Origin: an uncultured Dehalococcoidia bacterium
GTDB lineage: Bacteria; Chloroflexota; Dehalococcoidia; DSTF01; JACRBR01
Assembly: GCA_964599885.1 (NCBI GenBank)
Contig: CAZRHH010000004.1
Location: 9,082-73,081, forward strand
DNA length: 64,000 nucleotides
Direction of reading: 5' to 3'
A program made the position numbers and the translations under genes. Positions 28,933-38,874 of this stretch are shown in pieces. Below the pieces are notes generated by a model. The model was not told the DNA's origin. It saw nothing but the letters and a program-made list of their open reading frames with translations, and did no database searches. Numbering within the stretch: the stretch's first letter is position 1; each line of letters opens with the position of its first letter.

Positions 28933-29385
28933 ATGGCTGAATCGAAGGAACCCAGGGTAAGCGAGCCCCCGCAGAAGCTCGCGCTAGATGCGAATCGCGT
29001 CTCGAACCTTGTCATCGGCGCGTGTATTGAGGTGCATCGAACACTCGGTCCGGGGTTGCTTGAGTCGGCGTATGAGGAGTGCGTGGCACACGAACTCGAT
29101 CTGCGCGGGATCGCATATGTGCGGCAGCGCCCTTTGCGCGTCGAGTACAAGGGTATCTTCCTTGAGGCGGCGTATCGGTTGGATCTCGTTGTTGCCGATA
29201 ACGTGATCGTCGAACTCAAGGCCGTCGACGCGTTGTTGCCGGTGCATCAGGCGCAGATCCTGACGTACCTGAAACTGACAGGGCTGACGCTCGGTCTGCT
29301 CATCAACTTCAACCTGCCGATCCTCCGTGACGGAATCAAACGCGTCGCCAACCGCCTGCCTGAAAACACAGTCGCGCCAAAGTGA
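28933..29385 (+). CDS. GxxExxY protein (PD-(D/E)xK nuclease-fold family)
   Basis: [14 protein letters not shown] is the GxxExxY signature; 150 aa; bracketed by inverted repeats. Confidence 0.8.
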   Translation: MAESKEPRVSEPPQKLALDANRVSNLVIGACIEVHRTLGPGLLESAYEECVAHELDLRGIAYVRQRPLRVEYKGIFLEAAYRLDLVVADNVIVELKAVDALLPVHQAQILTYLKLTGLTLGLLINFNLPILRDGIKRVANRLPENTVAPK

Positions 29386-29416
29386 TCCAGCAGGCTAGGA
29401 GTTCTCCCCTCTCGAT

Positions 29417-29456
29417 CCTTTGCGCTCCTTTGCGCTCTTTGCGCCTTTGCGGTGAA
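29417..29456 (-). repeat. GCAAAGG-unit repeat (right arm, inverted orientation)
   Basis: cctttgcgctcctttgcgctctttgcgcctttgcggtgaa is the reverse complement of the left arm at 28869. Confidence 0.8.
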
Positions 29457-29467
29457 CCGGCTGTCGC

Positions 29468-30133
29468 ATGCAACTAGCGATCGATTGCGCGTCCGATGAA
29501 CCGGGTATCGCGCTCGCCGTTGACGGCGTCATCGGACTAAGCGCCACGTGGGTGACGCAGCAGAACCATTCCGTGGAACTGTTGCCGAATATCGATCGGT
29601 TGTTGAGCGAAGCCGGGCGCACGAAGGCTGACGTCGACACGGTGTTCGTCGATCTCGGACCGGGCGGGTATGCAGCGTTGCGCGTCGGTGTGAGCGTCGC
29701 GAAGGCACTGGCGCACGGGCTTGGCGTGCCGATCGTGGGCATCGGCCGGCTGGAGCTGGATGCGTACAGCGTCGTCGCGGATGCTGGCGAGCGGCGGATC
29801 GTCGCTCTGCATCGCGCCGGGCGCGGCGAGCTTGCTTTGGGGGCGTATCGCGCGTCCAGTGGAGGCTGGCGCGAGGAACTGGCACCGCGACTCGGAAAGT
29901 CGGATGCGGTCGCGGGCTGCTTCGAGCGCGACGACATCGTCACGGGTGATCTCGATGATTCGCTGCGCGCGACGGTACGGGACGCGGGCGGGCACGCGGC
30001 GTCGGCGTACGCCCACCGCGTCGTCGCGCTGGCAGCACTCGGGCACGCGCGTCTCAGCGCCGGGCGCACGGATGATCCAGCGACGCTGGTGCCCCTATAC
30101 TTGCGTGCGCCAGCGATTGGACCGCAGGGTTAG
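29468..30133 (+). CDS. tsaB: tRNA threonylcarbamoyladenosine biosynthesis protein TsaB (YeaZ)
   Basis: MQLAIDCASDEPGIALA..., an inactive Kae1-like ASKHA fold; 221 aa. Confidence 0.75.
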   Translation: MQLAIDCASDEPGIALAVDGVIGLSATWVTQQNHSVELLPNIDRLLSEAGRTKADVDTVFVDLGPGGYAALRVGVSVAKALAHGLGVPIVGIGRLELDAYSVVADAGERRIVALHRAGRGELALGAYRASSGGWREELAPRLGKSDAVAGCFERDDIVTGDLDDSLRATVRDAGGHAASAYAHRVVALAALGHARLSAGRTDDPATLVPLYLRAPAIGPQG

Positions 30134-30203
30134 TGGGGCTGGGGACTGCGGAGATACGCGCTCGCGCCGCGTTGCGCGGGCGTTCTGCTAGAGGAGAGAC
30201 ACA

Positions 30204-30653
30204 TTGGAACGGACACTGGTACTGATCAAGCCCGACGCAATGCAGCGGGGGCTTGCGGGTGAGATCATCGGGCGACTTGAGCGGCGGGGACTGAAGATCG
30301 TCGGCGTACGCATGCTGAAGGTGAGCAAGCAGCTAGCGCAGGAGCACTACGCCGAGCACAAGGGCAAGCCGTTCTTTCCGGGATTAGTGCAGTACATTAC
30401 GTCGTCGCCGATCATCGCAGCGGTCTTCGAAGGCAACGGCGCTATCAAGGCGACGCGCCAGACGATGGGTGCCACGAATCCTCTGGAGGCCGCTACGGGC
30501 AGCGTCCGCGCCGATTTCGGGCTGGAAAAGGGGCGGAATCTCACGCACGCGTCGGACTCGACGGTAAGCGCGAAGCGGGAAATCGGGTTGTTCTTTGGCG
30601 ACATGGCGCCGATCTCGTGGAAGCGTGACACGGATGGATGGATCTTTGAATAG
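30204..30653 (+). CDS. ndk: nucleoside-diphosphate kinase
   Basis: ERTLVLIKPDAMQRGL...NLTHASDS, canonical NDK active-site His region. Confidence 0.95.
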   Translation: MERTLVLIKPDAMQRGLAGEIIGRLERRGLKIVGVRMLKVSKQLAQEHYAEHKGKPFFPGLVQYITSSPIIAAVFEGNGAIKATRQTMGATNPLEAATGSVRADFGLEKGRNLTHASDSTVSAKREIGLFFGDMAPISWKRDTDGWIFE

Positions 30654-30697
30654 GTCGTGATTCGCTCACGTCTGTCGCCACCCGATCGGACGGCATT

Positions 30698-31078
30698 TTG
30701 ATGTCGCGTGGGACGTCACGCCCTTCCTTGGCGGCGGCCGTGTTGTGCGCGCTCGCGCTGTTCGCCGTTGCATGCGGCTACGACGATGCGGAGCCGACGC
30801 CCGCTGGCGCGCCGGTACTCACCATCCACAACGAGACTAACTGCAACGTGCATATCCGGTTCGACAACGGCGCGCCGGCGGGCTCCGTCGCTGCTCGCTC
30901 GACGCTGGAGTACAGTCACGACAGGCTCGACGAGTATCGATACATGCAGGTGGAATCGACCAAGGCGATCTTCCGGAACCTGGAACTCTCACCGATCCGT
31001 GACAATGGCTGGAGCGTGACGATCAGCGACGCGTTCGGCGACGGCGAGTGCGTCGACGTTCCGGATGCACGGTCCTAG
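30698..31078 (+). CDS. small lipoprotein of unknown function
   Basis: Signal peptide with lipobox (LFAVACG); 126 aa. Confidence 0.5.
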   Translation: MMSRGTSRPSLAAAVLCALALFAVACGYDDAEPTPAGAPVLTIHNETNCNVHIRFDNGAPAGSVAARSTLEYSHDRLDEYRYMQVESTKAIFRNLELSPIRDNGWSVTISDAFGDGECVDVPDARS

Positions 31079-31130
31079 ACCGGACGGCCGGCTACCCACG
31101 ACTGATGTCGGCGGGACGGGCGGCGTGACG

Positions 31131-31985
31131 ATGGCGACGACGGAACTGCAAGCGAACGGCATGACGTTTTCCTGCCGCACCGGCGGCGCGCCGGATGGCG
31201 AGCCGGTGCTGCTGCTGCATGGGTTCCCGGAGACGTCGATCATGTGGGTGCCGCTGATGGCGACACTTGCCGGCGAGGGCTATCGTTGCGTCGCGCCGGA
31301 CCAGCGAGGATACAGTCAGGGCGCGCGTCCCGATGGCGTGGCCGCGTACGACTATGCCTCACTGTGTTCCGACGTGTTTGCGATCGCGGATGCGGCGGGG
31401 TTCGCGCAGTTTCATCTGATCGGCCACGACTGGGGCGCGATCGTTGGGTACGTCACGGTGTGTTCCGCACAGCGCGGCCGAGTACTGAGCTTCACATCCA
31501 TGTCGGTGCCGTATCCGCCGGCGTTCGCGCAGGCGGTGAAGGACGACCCGGAGGAAGAGCCATATCGCGGGATCCTCCAGGCGCTGATGACGCCGGGCGT
31601 CTTCGAGGCCGTTGCCGTCGCCAATGAAGGCGCGGGGTTGCGGGCTGCGTACACGAATCAGGACGCCGCCGAGATCGATGAGTACGTGCGCGTCCTGGGC
31701 GAACCCGGCGCGATGGCTGCGGCGGCGAACTGGTACCGCGCATCGGACGCCCACAACGCAGCGCTGGCCGACGATGCGCCGTTTGGGCCGGTCGAAACGC
31801 CGACGCTGCTCATCTGGGGCAGCAAGGATCTGTACGTCCGGCGGATGAGCGTTGATCTTGCGGCGCCGGCACACAACGGGCCGTACCGTGTCGCCGAGGT
31901 CGACGCGGGTCACTGGCTGGTGCAGGAAGCGCCGCAGGCGGTGACAGTAGAAGTACAGGCGCATCTGCATCAATACAAACGGTAG
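31131..31985 (+). CDS. alpha/beta hydrolase (epoxide-hydrolase/haloalkane-dehalogenase-like)
   Basis: HGFPETS oxyanion motif and GHDWG nucleophile elbow. Confidence 0.8.
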   Translation: MATTELQANGMTFSCRTGGAPDGEPVLLLHGFPETSIMWVPLMATLAGEGYRCVAPDQRGYSQGARPDGVAAYDYASLCSDVFAIADAAGFAQFHLIGHDWGAIVGYVTVCSAQRGRVLSFTSMSVPYPPAFAQAVKDDPEEEPYRGILQALMTPGVFEAVAVANEGAGLRAAYTNQDAAEIDEYVRVLGEPGAMAAAANWYRASDAHNAALADDAPFGPVETPTLLIWGSKDLYVRRMSVDLAAPAHNGPYRVAEVDAGHWLVQEAPQAVTVEVQAHLHQYKR

Positions 31986-31997
31986 CCAGCGCGATCG

Positions 31998-32465
31998 CTA
32001 TTCGGGCGCCGAGCGCCACACGGATCGCGCGCCGCCGGGAACCAGCGACGATAGTTCGATCCGCCACGGCGTCAGCTTGAGCAGGCCGAAGTCGGCGCCG
32101 TCCGGCCCATCCTTCCAGATCAGCGCCGGATCGTACCCGAGCGGCGGCGGCGTGGACTTGTACAACTCCCAGATGCGCCGCTTCTCCGATGCGTCGTCCT
32201 CCCACCCAGCGAGACAGTCAACGTAGACCTGCTCGTGCTTCGGATCCCAGTACGAGAGCGAGATGTACGGATTCGCCGCGAGGTGCTTGCTCTTGTGCGA
32301 CTGACGGCCGGTGGCGATGTAGCCGGTGCTGCCTTCCCAGATCGGATGGAGGATACGGGTGCGCGGCCGGCCACGACGGTCGACCGTTGCGGCAGTACAC
32401 CAGGCGATGCGCCGGATGCGCGCCATGAACTCGTCCTCGATCTCTGCGAACGATGCGGTTTCCAT
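31998..32465 (-). CDS. pyridoxamine 5'-phosphate oxidase family protein (PPOX/F420-type flavin-binding split barrel)
   Basis: Start at METASFAEI; the rest of the 208-aa track ORF is an N-terminal extension. Split-barrel FMN-binding-like sequence. Confidence 0.65.
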   Translation of the reverse strand: METASFAEIEDEFMARIRRIAWCTAATVDRRGRPRTRILHPIWEGSTGYIATGRQSHKSKHLAANPYISLSYWDPKHEQVYVDCLAGWEDDASEKRRIWELYKSTPPPLGYDPALIWKDGPDGADFGLLKLTPWRIELSSLVPGGARSVWRSAPE

Positions 32466-32518
32466 TCGGCTCCTTCCGCCCCTTCTGATTGTGAGTGCTG
32501 CGCGACTGGAGTCGATTG

Positions 32519-33133
32519 CTAGCGATCGAGCACTTCGCGTGATTCGTCGCGCGCGATGTCGTTGGCGGGCAGCACATCGTCGACCCAGCCGCCGGCCTTC
32601 CAGCCGGGGACGGGCGTCTCGCACTCGCTCTTCGGTACAAAGCGCGATCTCTGGACGAGCTTCAGCTTGTGGATGTAGCGCGGACAGTTCGGGAAGATCT
32701 CGCGCGCCTTCACGCGGACGATGAACTGCGCCTCCGGATACTCGGCCATCAGCGGATCCGCCGGATCGATCGACGCCTCGCCGTTGAGGCGCATCCGGAA
32801 CTGCTCCTCGAAATCGATGAACAGGATGCCCACCTGGCCGGTCTGCAGCACGTTGCCCATCGAGAGGTACATGCCGTTGCCGTCGAAGTTCGGGAAGGCG
32901 ATCGTCCGCTCGTCGACGACGCGCACGAAGCCGGGCTCACCGCCCTTGTACGAGCAGTTGGCATGTCCGTTCTCGTCGACCGTGGCAATAAAGAACATGT
33001 CCATGCGCTCGATAAACGCCCGGTCGCTGTCGCCGATGACGTCGTGCGTTAGTTCGCCGACGCGATCGGCCAGTTTGCGCGTGTCGAACTGATCCTGAAG
33101 CTGCCTGCTCGTTTCGGAGAACATGTCAGTCAT
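32519..33133 (-). CDS. PPOX-related FMN-binding protein (general-stress-protein-26-like)
   Basis: 204 aa with a split-barrel motif (FFIATVDENGHANCSYKGGEPGFVRV). Confidence 0.7.
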   Translation of the reverse strand: MTDMFSETSRQLQDQFDTRKLADRVGELTHDVIGDSDRAFIERMDMFFIATVDENGHANCSYKGGEPGFVRVVDERTIAFPNFDGNGMYLSMGNVLQTGQVGILFIDFEEQFRMRLNGEASIDPADPLMAEYPEAQFIVRVKAREIFPNCPRYIHKLKLVQRSRFVPKSECETPVPGWKAGGWVDDVLPANDIARDESREVLDR

Positions 33134-33375
33134 GGGACACCTCGATGCGTCGATACGGTGGTTTGCAGTAAACGTAAGTCTGGCGTGACGACCGTGTCAA
33201 TCACGGCTTGGCGATGATGCGTTCGTCGGGAACGAGGATCGGCACAGCAAGCTGTGCCGCCACGGATCCCGTCTCGGATCTGGCCGGGGCGTTTGGGCCG
33301 TTCCGAGGCGCATACAGGAGGCTGATACCCGCCAACCTTTACGTTCACGTTAATGATCCGCTACACTGCGCCATC

Positions 33376-35250
33376 ATGAGTTCCCGTCGGTTACCGATTC
33401 CCCTCCGGCTGCTCGGTTACGCGCTGCCGTACAAGCAACGCGTCGCCTTCGTGTGGGTGGCTATCGCCGGCCTCACCGGGTTCCAGCTACTCGGGCCGGA
33501 GCTCGTCGGCTACGCCATCGACACGGGGCTGAAGGTTGAAACGGCGAACGGCATCGACGTCGCCCTTGGCAACCAGCGGACACTCTTCATCGCAGCGGGG
33601 CTGATCGTCGGTGCGGCGGCGGCGCGCGGCGTTTTCCAATTCTGGCAGACGTTCACAGCCGAGTGGCTCGCGCAGCACACCGCATATGACATCCGCAACG
33701 ACATCTACAATCACCTCCAGCGCCTCAGCTTCGCCTACCACGACAAGGCGCAGACCGGCCAGGTCATGCAGCGCGCCACGCAGGACGTCGAGGGCGTCCG
33801 CATGTTCATCAGCATGGGCGCGATCCGCCTCGTCTACACGGTCGTGCTGCTGGTCGCGACGCTGACGCTGATGCTCTACACCGACGTTCGGCTCGCGCTG
33901 CTGAGCTGGGTGTTCATCCCGCCGACCGCGTTCCTCGCGATCCGCTTCACGTCGCAGCTCCGGCCGATCATGCTCCGCACGCAAGAGCTGCAGGGCGAGC
34001 TCGGTGTGCTGCTACAGGAGAATCTCAGCGGTATGCGTGTAGTCAAGGCGTTCGGGCGCGAGATGTTCGAGAAAGACAAGTTCAACAAGCAGGCGCACAA
34101 TCTCTTCGAGAACTCATACGCGTCGAACCGCTTGATGGCGAAGTACTCACCGCTGCTCAGCGGCGTGTGGTCGTTCGCGATGGTCGCGACAGGTTGGTAC
34201 GGCGCCTACCTGATCACGCGCGGTAGCCTGACGGCAGGCGATCTGACGAAGTTCATGCTGTACCTGACGATGCTGCAGCAGCCGGTCCGCAGCATCGGGT
34301 TCATCAACATGTTCTGGGCGCGCGCGCAGACATCAGGCCAACGCATCTACGACATCCTCGACGCCGAGTCCGCCGTCCAGGAGAAGCCCGGCGCCACCGA
34401 ACTGGTCAACGCCACCGGCCACGTCGAATTCCACGACGTGTCGTTCGGGTATGACGCCATCAGCCCCGTCCTGCGCGAGGTGAACATCGATGCACGGCCG
34501 GGCCAAGTGGTCGCGTTGCTGGGGCAAACCGGATCGGGAAAGTCCACCGTCGTCAACCTGATGCCGCGCTTCTACGACGTCACCGGCGGCAGCATCACGA
34601 TCGATGGCACGGACATCCGCCACGTGACGCTGGCGTCGCTGCGGCGCGCTTTCGGCATCGTGCAGCAGGACATCTTCCTGTTCTCGGCGACTATCGGCGA
34701 CAACATCTCGTACGGCGCGGCAGATGCAACACGCGACGACGTTGTGCGCGTCGCCAAGCTCGCGCGCATCCACGAGTTCATCGAGCAGATGCCCGACGGC
34801 TACGACACGTGGGTGGGTGAGCGCGGCATCACGCTATCGGGCGGCCAGAAGCAACGTGTGTCGATCGCCCGGACGCTGCTGCTCAACCCGAAGATCCTCG
34901 TCTTCGACGACGCGACATCGAGCGTCGACACACAGACCGAATACGACATCCAGCAGGCGCTCGCCGAATTGATGAAAGGGCGCACCACGTTTGTCATTGC
35001 GCAGCGGCTGCGGACGGTGCGCACGGCAGATCAGATCCTCGTGCTGAAGAGCGGCAAGATTGTCGAACGCGGAACGCATGAGGGACTGATCGAACGCGAC
35101 GGGCCGTACCGCCAGATCTACGATCTCGAGCTGCGCGATCAGGAAGACGCGTACGAGCGCGAACGCCAGCGCCTTGAAGGCGTCGCGAACGGCGCGCCAG
35201 ACGAGAACGCCGAAGAGAAGACAAGCGTAGCTGCCGCGGGCGGCGGATAG
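33376..35250 (+). CDS. ABC exporter, fused permease/ATPase (half-transporter A)
   Basis: Six-TM N-terminal domain; Walker A GQTGSGKST; signature LSGGQKQR; Walker B ILVFDDATS. Confidence 0.85.
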   Translation: MSSRRLPIPLRLLGYALPYKQRVAFVWVAIAGLTGFQLLGPELVGYAIDTGLKVETANGIDVALGNQRTLFIAAGLIVGAAAARGVFQFWQTFTAEWLAQHTAYDIRNDIYNHLQRLSFAYHDKAQTGQVMQRATQDVEGVRMFISMGAIRLVYTVVLLVATLTLMLYTDVRLALLSWVFIPPTAFLAIRFTSQLRPIMLRTQELQGELGVLLQENLSGMRVVKAFGREMFEKDKFNKQAHNLFENSYASNRLMAKYSPLLSGVWSFAMVATGWYGAYLITRGSLTAGDLTKFMLYLTMLQQPVRSIGFINMFWARAQTSGQRIYDILDAESAVQEKPGATELVNATGHVEFHDVSFGYDAISPVLREVNIDARPGQVVALLGQTGSGKSTVVNLMPRFYDVTGGSITIDGTDIRHVTLASLRRAFGIVQQDIFLFSATIGDNISYGAADATRDDVVRVAKLARIHEFIEQMPDGYDTWVGERGITLSGGQKQRVSIARTLLLNPKILVFDDATSSVDTQTEYDIQQALAELMKGRTTFVIAQRLRTVRTADQILVLKSGKIVERGTHEGLIERDGPYRQIYDLELRDQEDAYERERQRLEGVANGAPDENAEEKTSVAAAGGG

Positions 35251-35261
35251 CCGGAGGAAGC

Positions 35262-37205
35262 TTGGCAGCAAACTGGGGAGGCGCCGGCTCAGCAGGCGGC
35301 TGGAGCGGCGGCGGCGGCAACTGGTCCAACAATCTGCGCCCAAACTCACTCCAACGCAGCTCCGACGGCTGGAACGACGACGAGCTAGGTTCCGTATACA
35401 ACCACCGTGTCGTCACGCGGCTAGCGAAGTATGTAGCGCCGTACCGAAAGCGCCTGTTCTTTGCGATGATCGGCACCGTCGGCATGGCGCTCATGACGCG
35501 CTCGATGCCGCTTGCCGTCAAAGGGCTGATCGCCGGCGCAATCGCGGGTGACTTCGACGCGATCAACGCGTGGGGTTGGGTCTATCTTGGCCTGGCGGGG
35601 TTTGGCGCCGCGTTCACGTTCCTGCAACTCACGATGTCGGGGTGGATCGGCCACCGCCTGCTGCTCAGCCTGCGGCGCGAGATGTTCGCGCACCTGCAGA
35701 AACTGTCGCTCCGGTTCTACGACAACAACGAGGTCGGCCGCGTCATGTCACGCGTAACGAGCGACGTGACGTCGCTGCAAGAGTTGATGACGTCGGGCTT
35801 CCTGACGATCTTTGGCGACTTGCTGGGCATCGCAATCTCGGTCGCGTTCCTGCTGTATTTCGACGTGCAGCTCGCGCTCGTGACGTTCACCGTCGTGCCG
35901 GTGTTCGTACTCACGATGGCGGTGTGGCAGAGCTACTCGCGGCGCGCGTTCGTGCGCGTGCGGCAGGCGATCGCCGTCGTGAACGCGAACCTGCAGGAGA
36001 ACGTCTCCGGTGTGCGCGTCATCCAGAGCCTTTCGCGCGAAGACGAGAATGCCAAGCGCTTCGACCAGATCAACGCGCAGAACTTGCGCGCAAACGTCGA
36101 TGCCGGCCGTCTTACCGCCGCTGTGCTGCCGCTCGTCGAAGTGATCGTGGCTGCGGCGATGGCGCTCGTCATCGGCTACGGCGGCTACCGCGTGCTGAAC
36201 AATCAGATGGGTGTCGCGGCACTGATCGCCTTCACGTTGCAGCTGCAGCTATTCTTCGATCCGGTGCGCGACCTCGTGCTGCAGTACACACAGTTGCAGC
36301 GCGCCATGGCCGGCGGCGAGCGCGTGCTCGAAGTGCTCGACACCAAGCCGGAGTTCGAAGATAAGCTCGACGCGGTCGTACTCGACGACGTGCGCGGGCA
36401 AGTCGACTTCAACAACGTGTCGTTCCGCTACGTCGACGACGTACCGGTGATCAACAACGTCGATCTGCACGTGAAGGCGGGCGAGACGATCGCCTTCGTT
36501 GGCGAGACTGGCGCCGGGAAGACGACGCTGACGGCGCTGATCTCGCGCTTCTACGACGTCACCGAAGGTTCGATCATGGTTGACGGCCACGATGTGCGCG
36601 ACGTCACCCACGAGAGCCTCGCGTCGCGGATGGGGCTTGTGCTGCAGGATCCGTTCCTGTTCTCGGGCACCGTCGCCGACAACATCCGCTACGGCCGGCC
36701 CGATGCGAGCGATGAAGACGTCGAGGAGGCCGCGCGGACGGTGGGCGCGCACGACTACATCATGCGTCTGGACAACGGCTACGACACGTTTTTGCACGAA
36801 CGGGGCATGAACCTGTCGGTAGGCCAGCGTCAACTGCTGAGTTTCGCACGCGCGATCATCGCCCGGCCGAGCATCCTCGTCCTCGACGAAGCGACGGCGA
36901 ACGTTGACACGCAGACCGAAGTGATCATTCAGCGCGCACTTAAGACGCTGCTCGAAGGGCGAACCTCGTTCGTGATCGCTCACCGGCTGTCCACGATCCG
37001 GAACGCCGACCGGATCATCGTTCTCGAACACGGCACGATCCTCGAGCAGGGCACGCACGACGAACTGCTCGCGCACAACGGCCGTTACGCGCAGCTCTAC
37101 CGAATGACGTACGCGCAACACGGCAACGACAAGAACGGCGCCAGCGCCAACGGCCATGCGGAGGAGCTCGGAGGTCAGAAGTCGGAGGTCGGAGTCGCCG
37201 AGTGA
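35262..37205 (+). CDS. ABC exporter, fused permease/ATPase (half-transporter B; likely heterodimer partner)
   Basis: Walker A GETGAGKTT; signature LSVGQRQL; Walker B ILVLDEATA. Gly-rich N-terminus; true start possibly internal. Confidence 0.8.
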   Translation: MAANWGGAGSAGGWSGGGGNWSNNLRPNSLQRSSDGWNDDELGSVYNHRVVTRLAKYVAPYRKRLFFAMIGTVGMALMTRSMPLAVKGLIAGAIAGDFDAINAWGWVYLGLAGFGAAFTFLQLTMSGWIGHRLLLSLRREMFAHLQKLSLRFYDNNEVGRVMSRVTSDVTSLQELMTSGFLTIFGDLLGIAISVAFLLYFDVQLALVTFTVVPVFVLTMAVWQSYSRRAFVRVRQAIAVVNANLQENVSGVRVIQSLSREDENAKRFDQINAQNLRANVDAGRLTAAVLPLVEVIVAAAMALVIGYGGYRVLNNQMGVAALIAFTLQLQLFFDPVRDLVLQYTQLQRAMAGGERVLEVLDTKPEFEDKLDAVVLDDVRGQVDFNNVSFRYVDDVPVINNVDLHVKAGETIAFVGETGAGKTTLTALISRFYDVTEGSIMVDGHDVRDVTHESLASRMGLVLQDPFLFSGTVADNIRYGRPDASDEDVEEAARTVGAHDYIMRLDNGYDTFLHERGMNLSVGQRQLLSFARAIIARPSILVLDEATANVDTQTEVIIQRALKTLLEGRTSFVIAHRLSTIRNADRIIVLEHGTILEQGTHDELLAHNGRYAQLYRMTYAQHGNDKNGASANGHAEELGGQKSEVGVAE

Positions 37206-37338
37206 GCAATTGCGTTACCGCGTCCTCCGTGCGGTGAGGTGACGAGCCTCCAACGCAGCACCTTCCACCCTCCACCTCCCATCGTCCAGTCTCACATCGG
37301 GCAGCGACGACCCGAATGCCACGCCCTATACTGCGCGC

Positions 37339-38133
37339 GTGAACGAACCATCCTCATCTCAACCCAGCGATAGCAGTTGGACCGGTGCGCTCATCGCTGT
37401 CGCGGGTGGCGTGCTCGTCGTGCTTGTGTTCGTCGCCGGCGCGTTTGCGTTCGCGACGTGCGGTAGCTCGTCGGCGGAGCCTGCGGGCGATGTCTATGCA
37501 TCGCTGGGCGATTCGATCGCGGCGGGGAGCGGCGCGTCGGACGCCGCGACGACGGGCTGGGTGCCGCTCGTCGCCGCGCGCGAAGAAGGCGTGACTGCGT
37601 TCAACGTCGCGGTCGCCGGCGCGACGACGCAGGATCTGATCGACGAGCAGCTTGCACGCGTGCTGTCGATCTCGAACGGCGGCCGCGTGCGCTTCGTGAC
37701 GATCAGCGCCGGCGGCAATGATCTCGCCGGGCTGGTACCCAACGCCGCGTGCGTCGAGGATCCGCTCCCCGCGAGCTGCCCGCTCGAAGAGGCGCTCGCC
37801 GCCGTCGAGGCGAATCTTGAGACGATCGTGCGGCAGCTGCGCGACTCGAACAGGCGCATGCCGATCGTGCTGCTGGCGTATCCGAACTTCTTCTCTGGTA
37901 CCGGACACCCGTTCGAGGCGCCGGCCGGGCGCGTGCTCCCGCGCCTCAACGCCGTGATCGAGGAAGTGGCGTCGCGGTACGACCGCGTCACCGTCGCGCA
38001 TCCGTGGGACGCGTTCGACGGCAACGGAGGCCAACTGACCGGCGTACTGGGCGAGCCGTTTGATCCGCATCCGAACGATGCGGGTCACCGCGCCATCGCC
38101 GAGGCGGTAGCGACGGCACTGGAGGAAGCGTAG
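37339..38133 (+). CDS. SGNH/GDSL hydrolase family protein
   Basis: Signal/anchor then a GDSIAAG block (GDS(L) motif) and C-terminal DxxH. Confidence 0.75.
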   Translation: MNEPSSSQPSDSSWTGALIAVAGGVLVVLVFVAGAFAFATCGSSSAEPAGDVYASLGDSIAAGSGASDAATTGWVPLVAAREEGVTAFNVAVAGATTQDLIDEQLARVLSISNGGRVRFVTISAGGNDLAGLVPNAACVEDPLPASCPLEEALAAVEANLETIVRQLRDSNRRMPIVLLAYPNFFSGTGHPFEAPAGRVLPRLNAVIEEVASRYDRVTVAHPWDAFDGNGGQLTGVLGEPFDPHPNDAGHRAIAEAVATALEEA

Positions 38134-38145
38134 CGACGCTTGTTT

Positions 38146-38199
38146 TATCACCACAGAGACACAGAGACACAGAGGCACAGAGGCACAGAGTCGCAGAGG
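38146..38199 (+). repeat. TTCACCACAGAG-family repeat (copy 3, extended: 6 octamer units)
   Basis: tatcaccacagagacacagagacacagaggcacagaggcacagagtcgcagagg. Confidence 0.85.
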
Positions 38200-38241
38200 T
38201 TGTTGGATGGGCTTCGCGCGTGACGCGCGTAGAATTACGGC

Positions 38242-38874
38242 ATGCCGCCAAAACTCGTCATCGCCACCACGAATCAGGGGAAGTTGAGGGAGTTTCGCGA
38301 ACTGCTCGATGGCTCCGGCTTTGAGTTGGTGACGCCCGCTGACCTCGGGCGCGAGTGGTCCGTCGAAGAGACGGGGACGACGTTCGAGGCCAATGCCATC
38401 CTGAAGGCGGTGGACGCTGCCCGGGTGTGCGGTCTGCTGGCACTGGCTGATGATTCCGGGCTGGAAGTTGACGCGCTGGGCGGGCGCCCGGGAATCTTCT
38501 CGGCGCGCTATGCTGGTGGGGACCGAACGTCTGATACGCTGACCGAGCGCGAACAGGTGGCCATCCTCCTGGGCGAACTCGCCGGCGTACCAGACGTAAA
38601 GCGCGGCGCCCGATTCCGCTGCGTCATCGCCATCGCCAGGCCGGACGGCGGCGACGTGCAGACGGTGGACGGGGTGTTCGAGGGGCACATCGCGCACGAG
38701 GCGCGGGGCGAGTTCGGGTTTGGCTACGACCCGGTGTTCCTGGTGCCGGAGCTGGGCAAGACGAGCGCCGAACTGCCGGCGCACGAGAAGAATACGATCA
38801 GCCATCGTGGGCAGGCGGCGCTCAAGGCGCGCGAACTGCTGAGGATGATGTCGAGTGACCTTCCAACGATCTAG
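38242..38874 (+). CDS. rdgB: non-canonical purine NTP pyrophosphatase (dITP/XTP; RdgB/Ham1)
   Basis: [14 protein letters not shown]...[19 protein letters not shown](V)F. Confidence 0.9.
   Translation: MPPKLVIATTNQGKLREFRELLDGSGFELVTPADLGREWSVEETGTTFEANAILKAVDAARVCGLLALADDSGLEVDALGGRPGIFSARYAGGDRTSDTLTEREQVAILLGELAGVPDVKRGARFRCVIAIARPDGGDVQTVDGVFEGHIAHEARGEFGFGYDPVFLVPELGKTSAELPAHEKNTISHRGQAALKARELLRMMSSDLPTI

Noticed and set aside
36249-37157. 302-aa minus-strand ORF
   Set aside because: Antisense to the second ABC exporter gene, which has canonical Walker and signature motifs.
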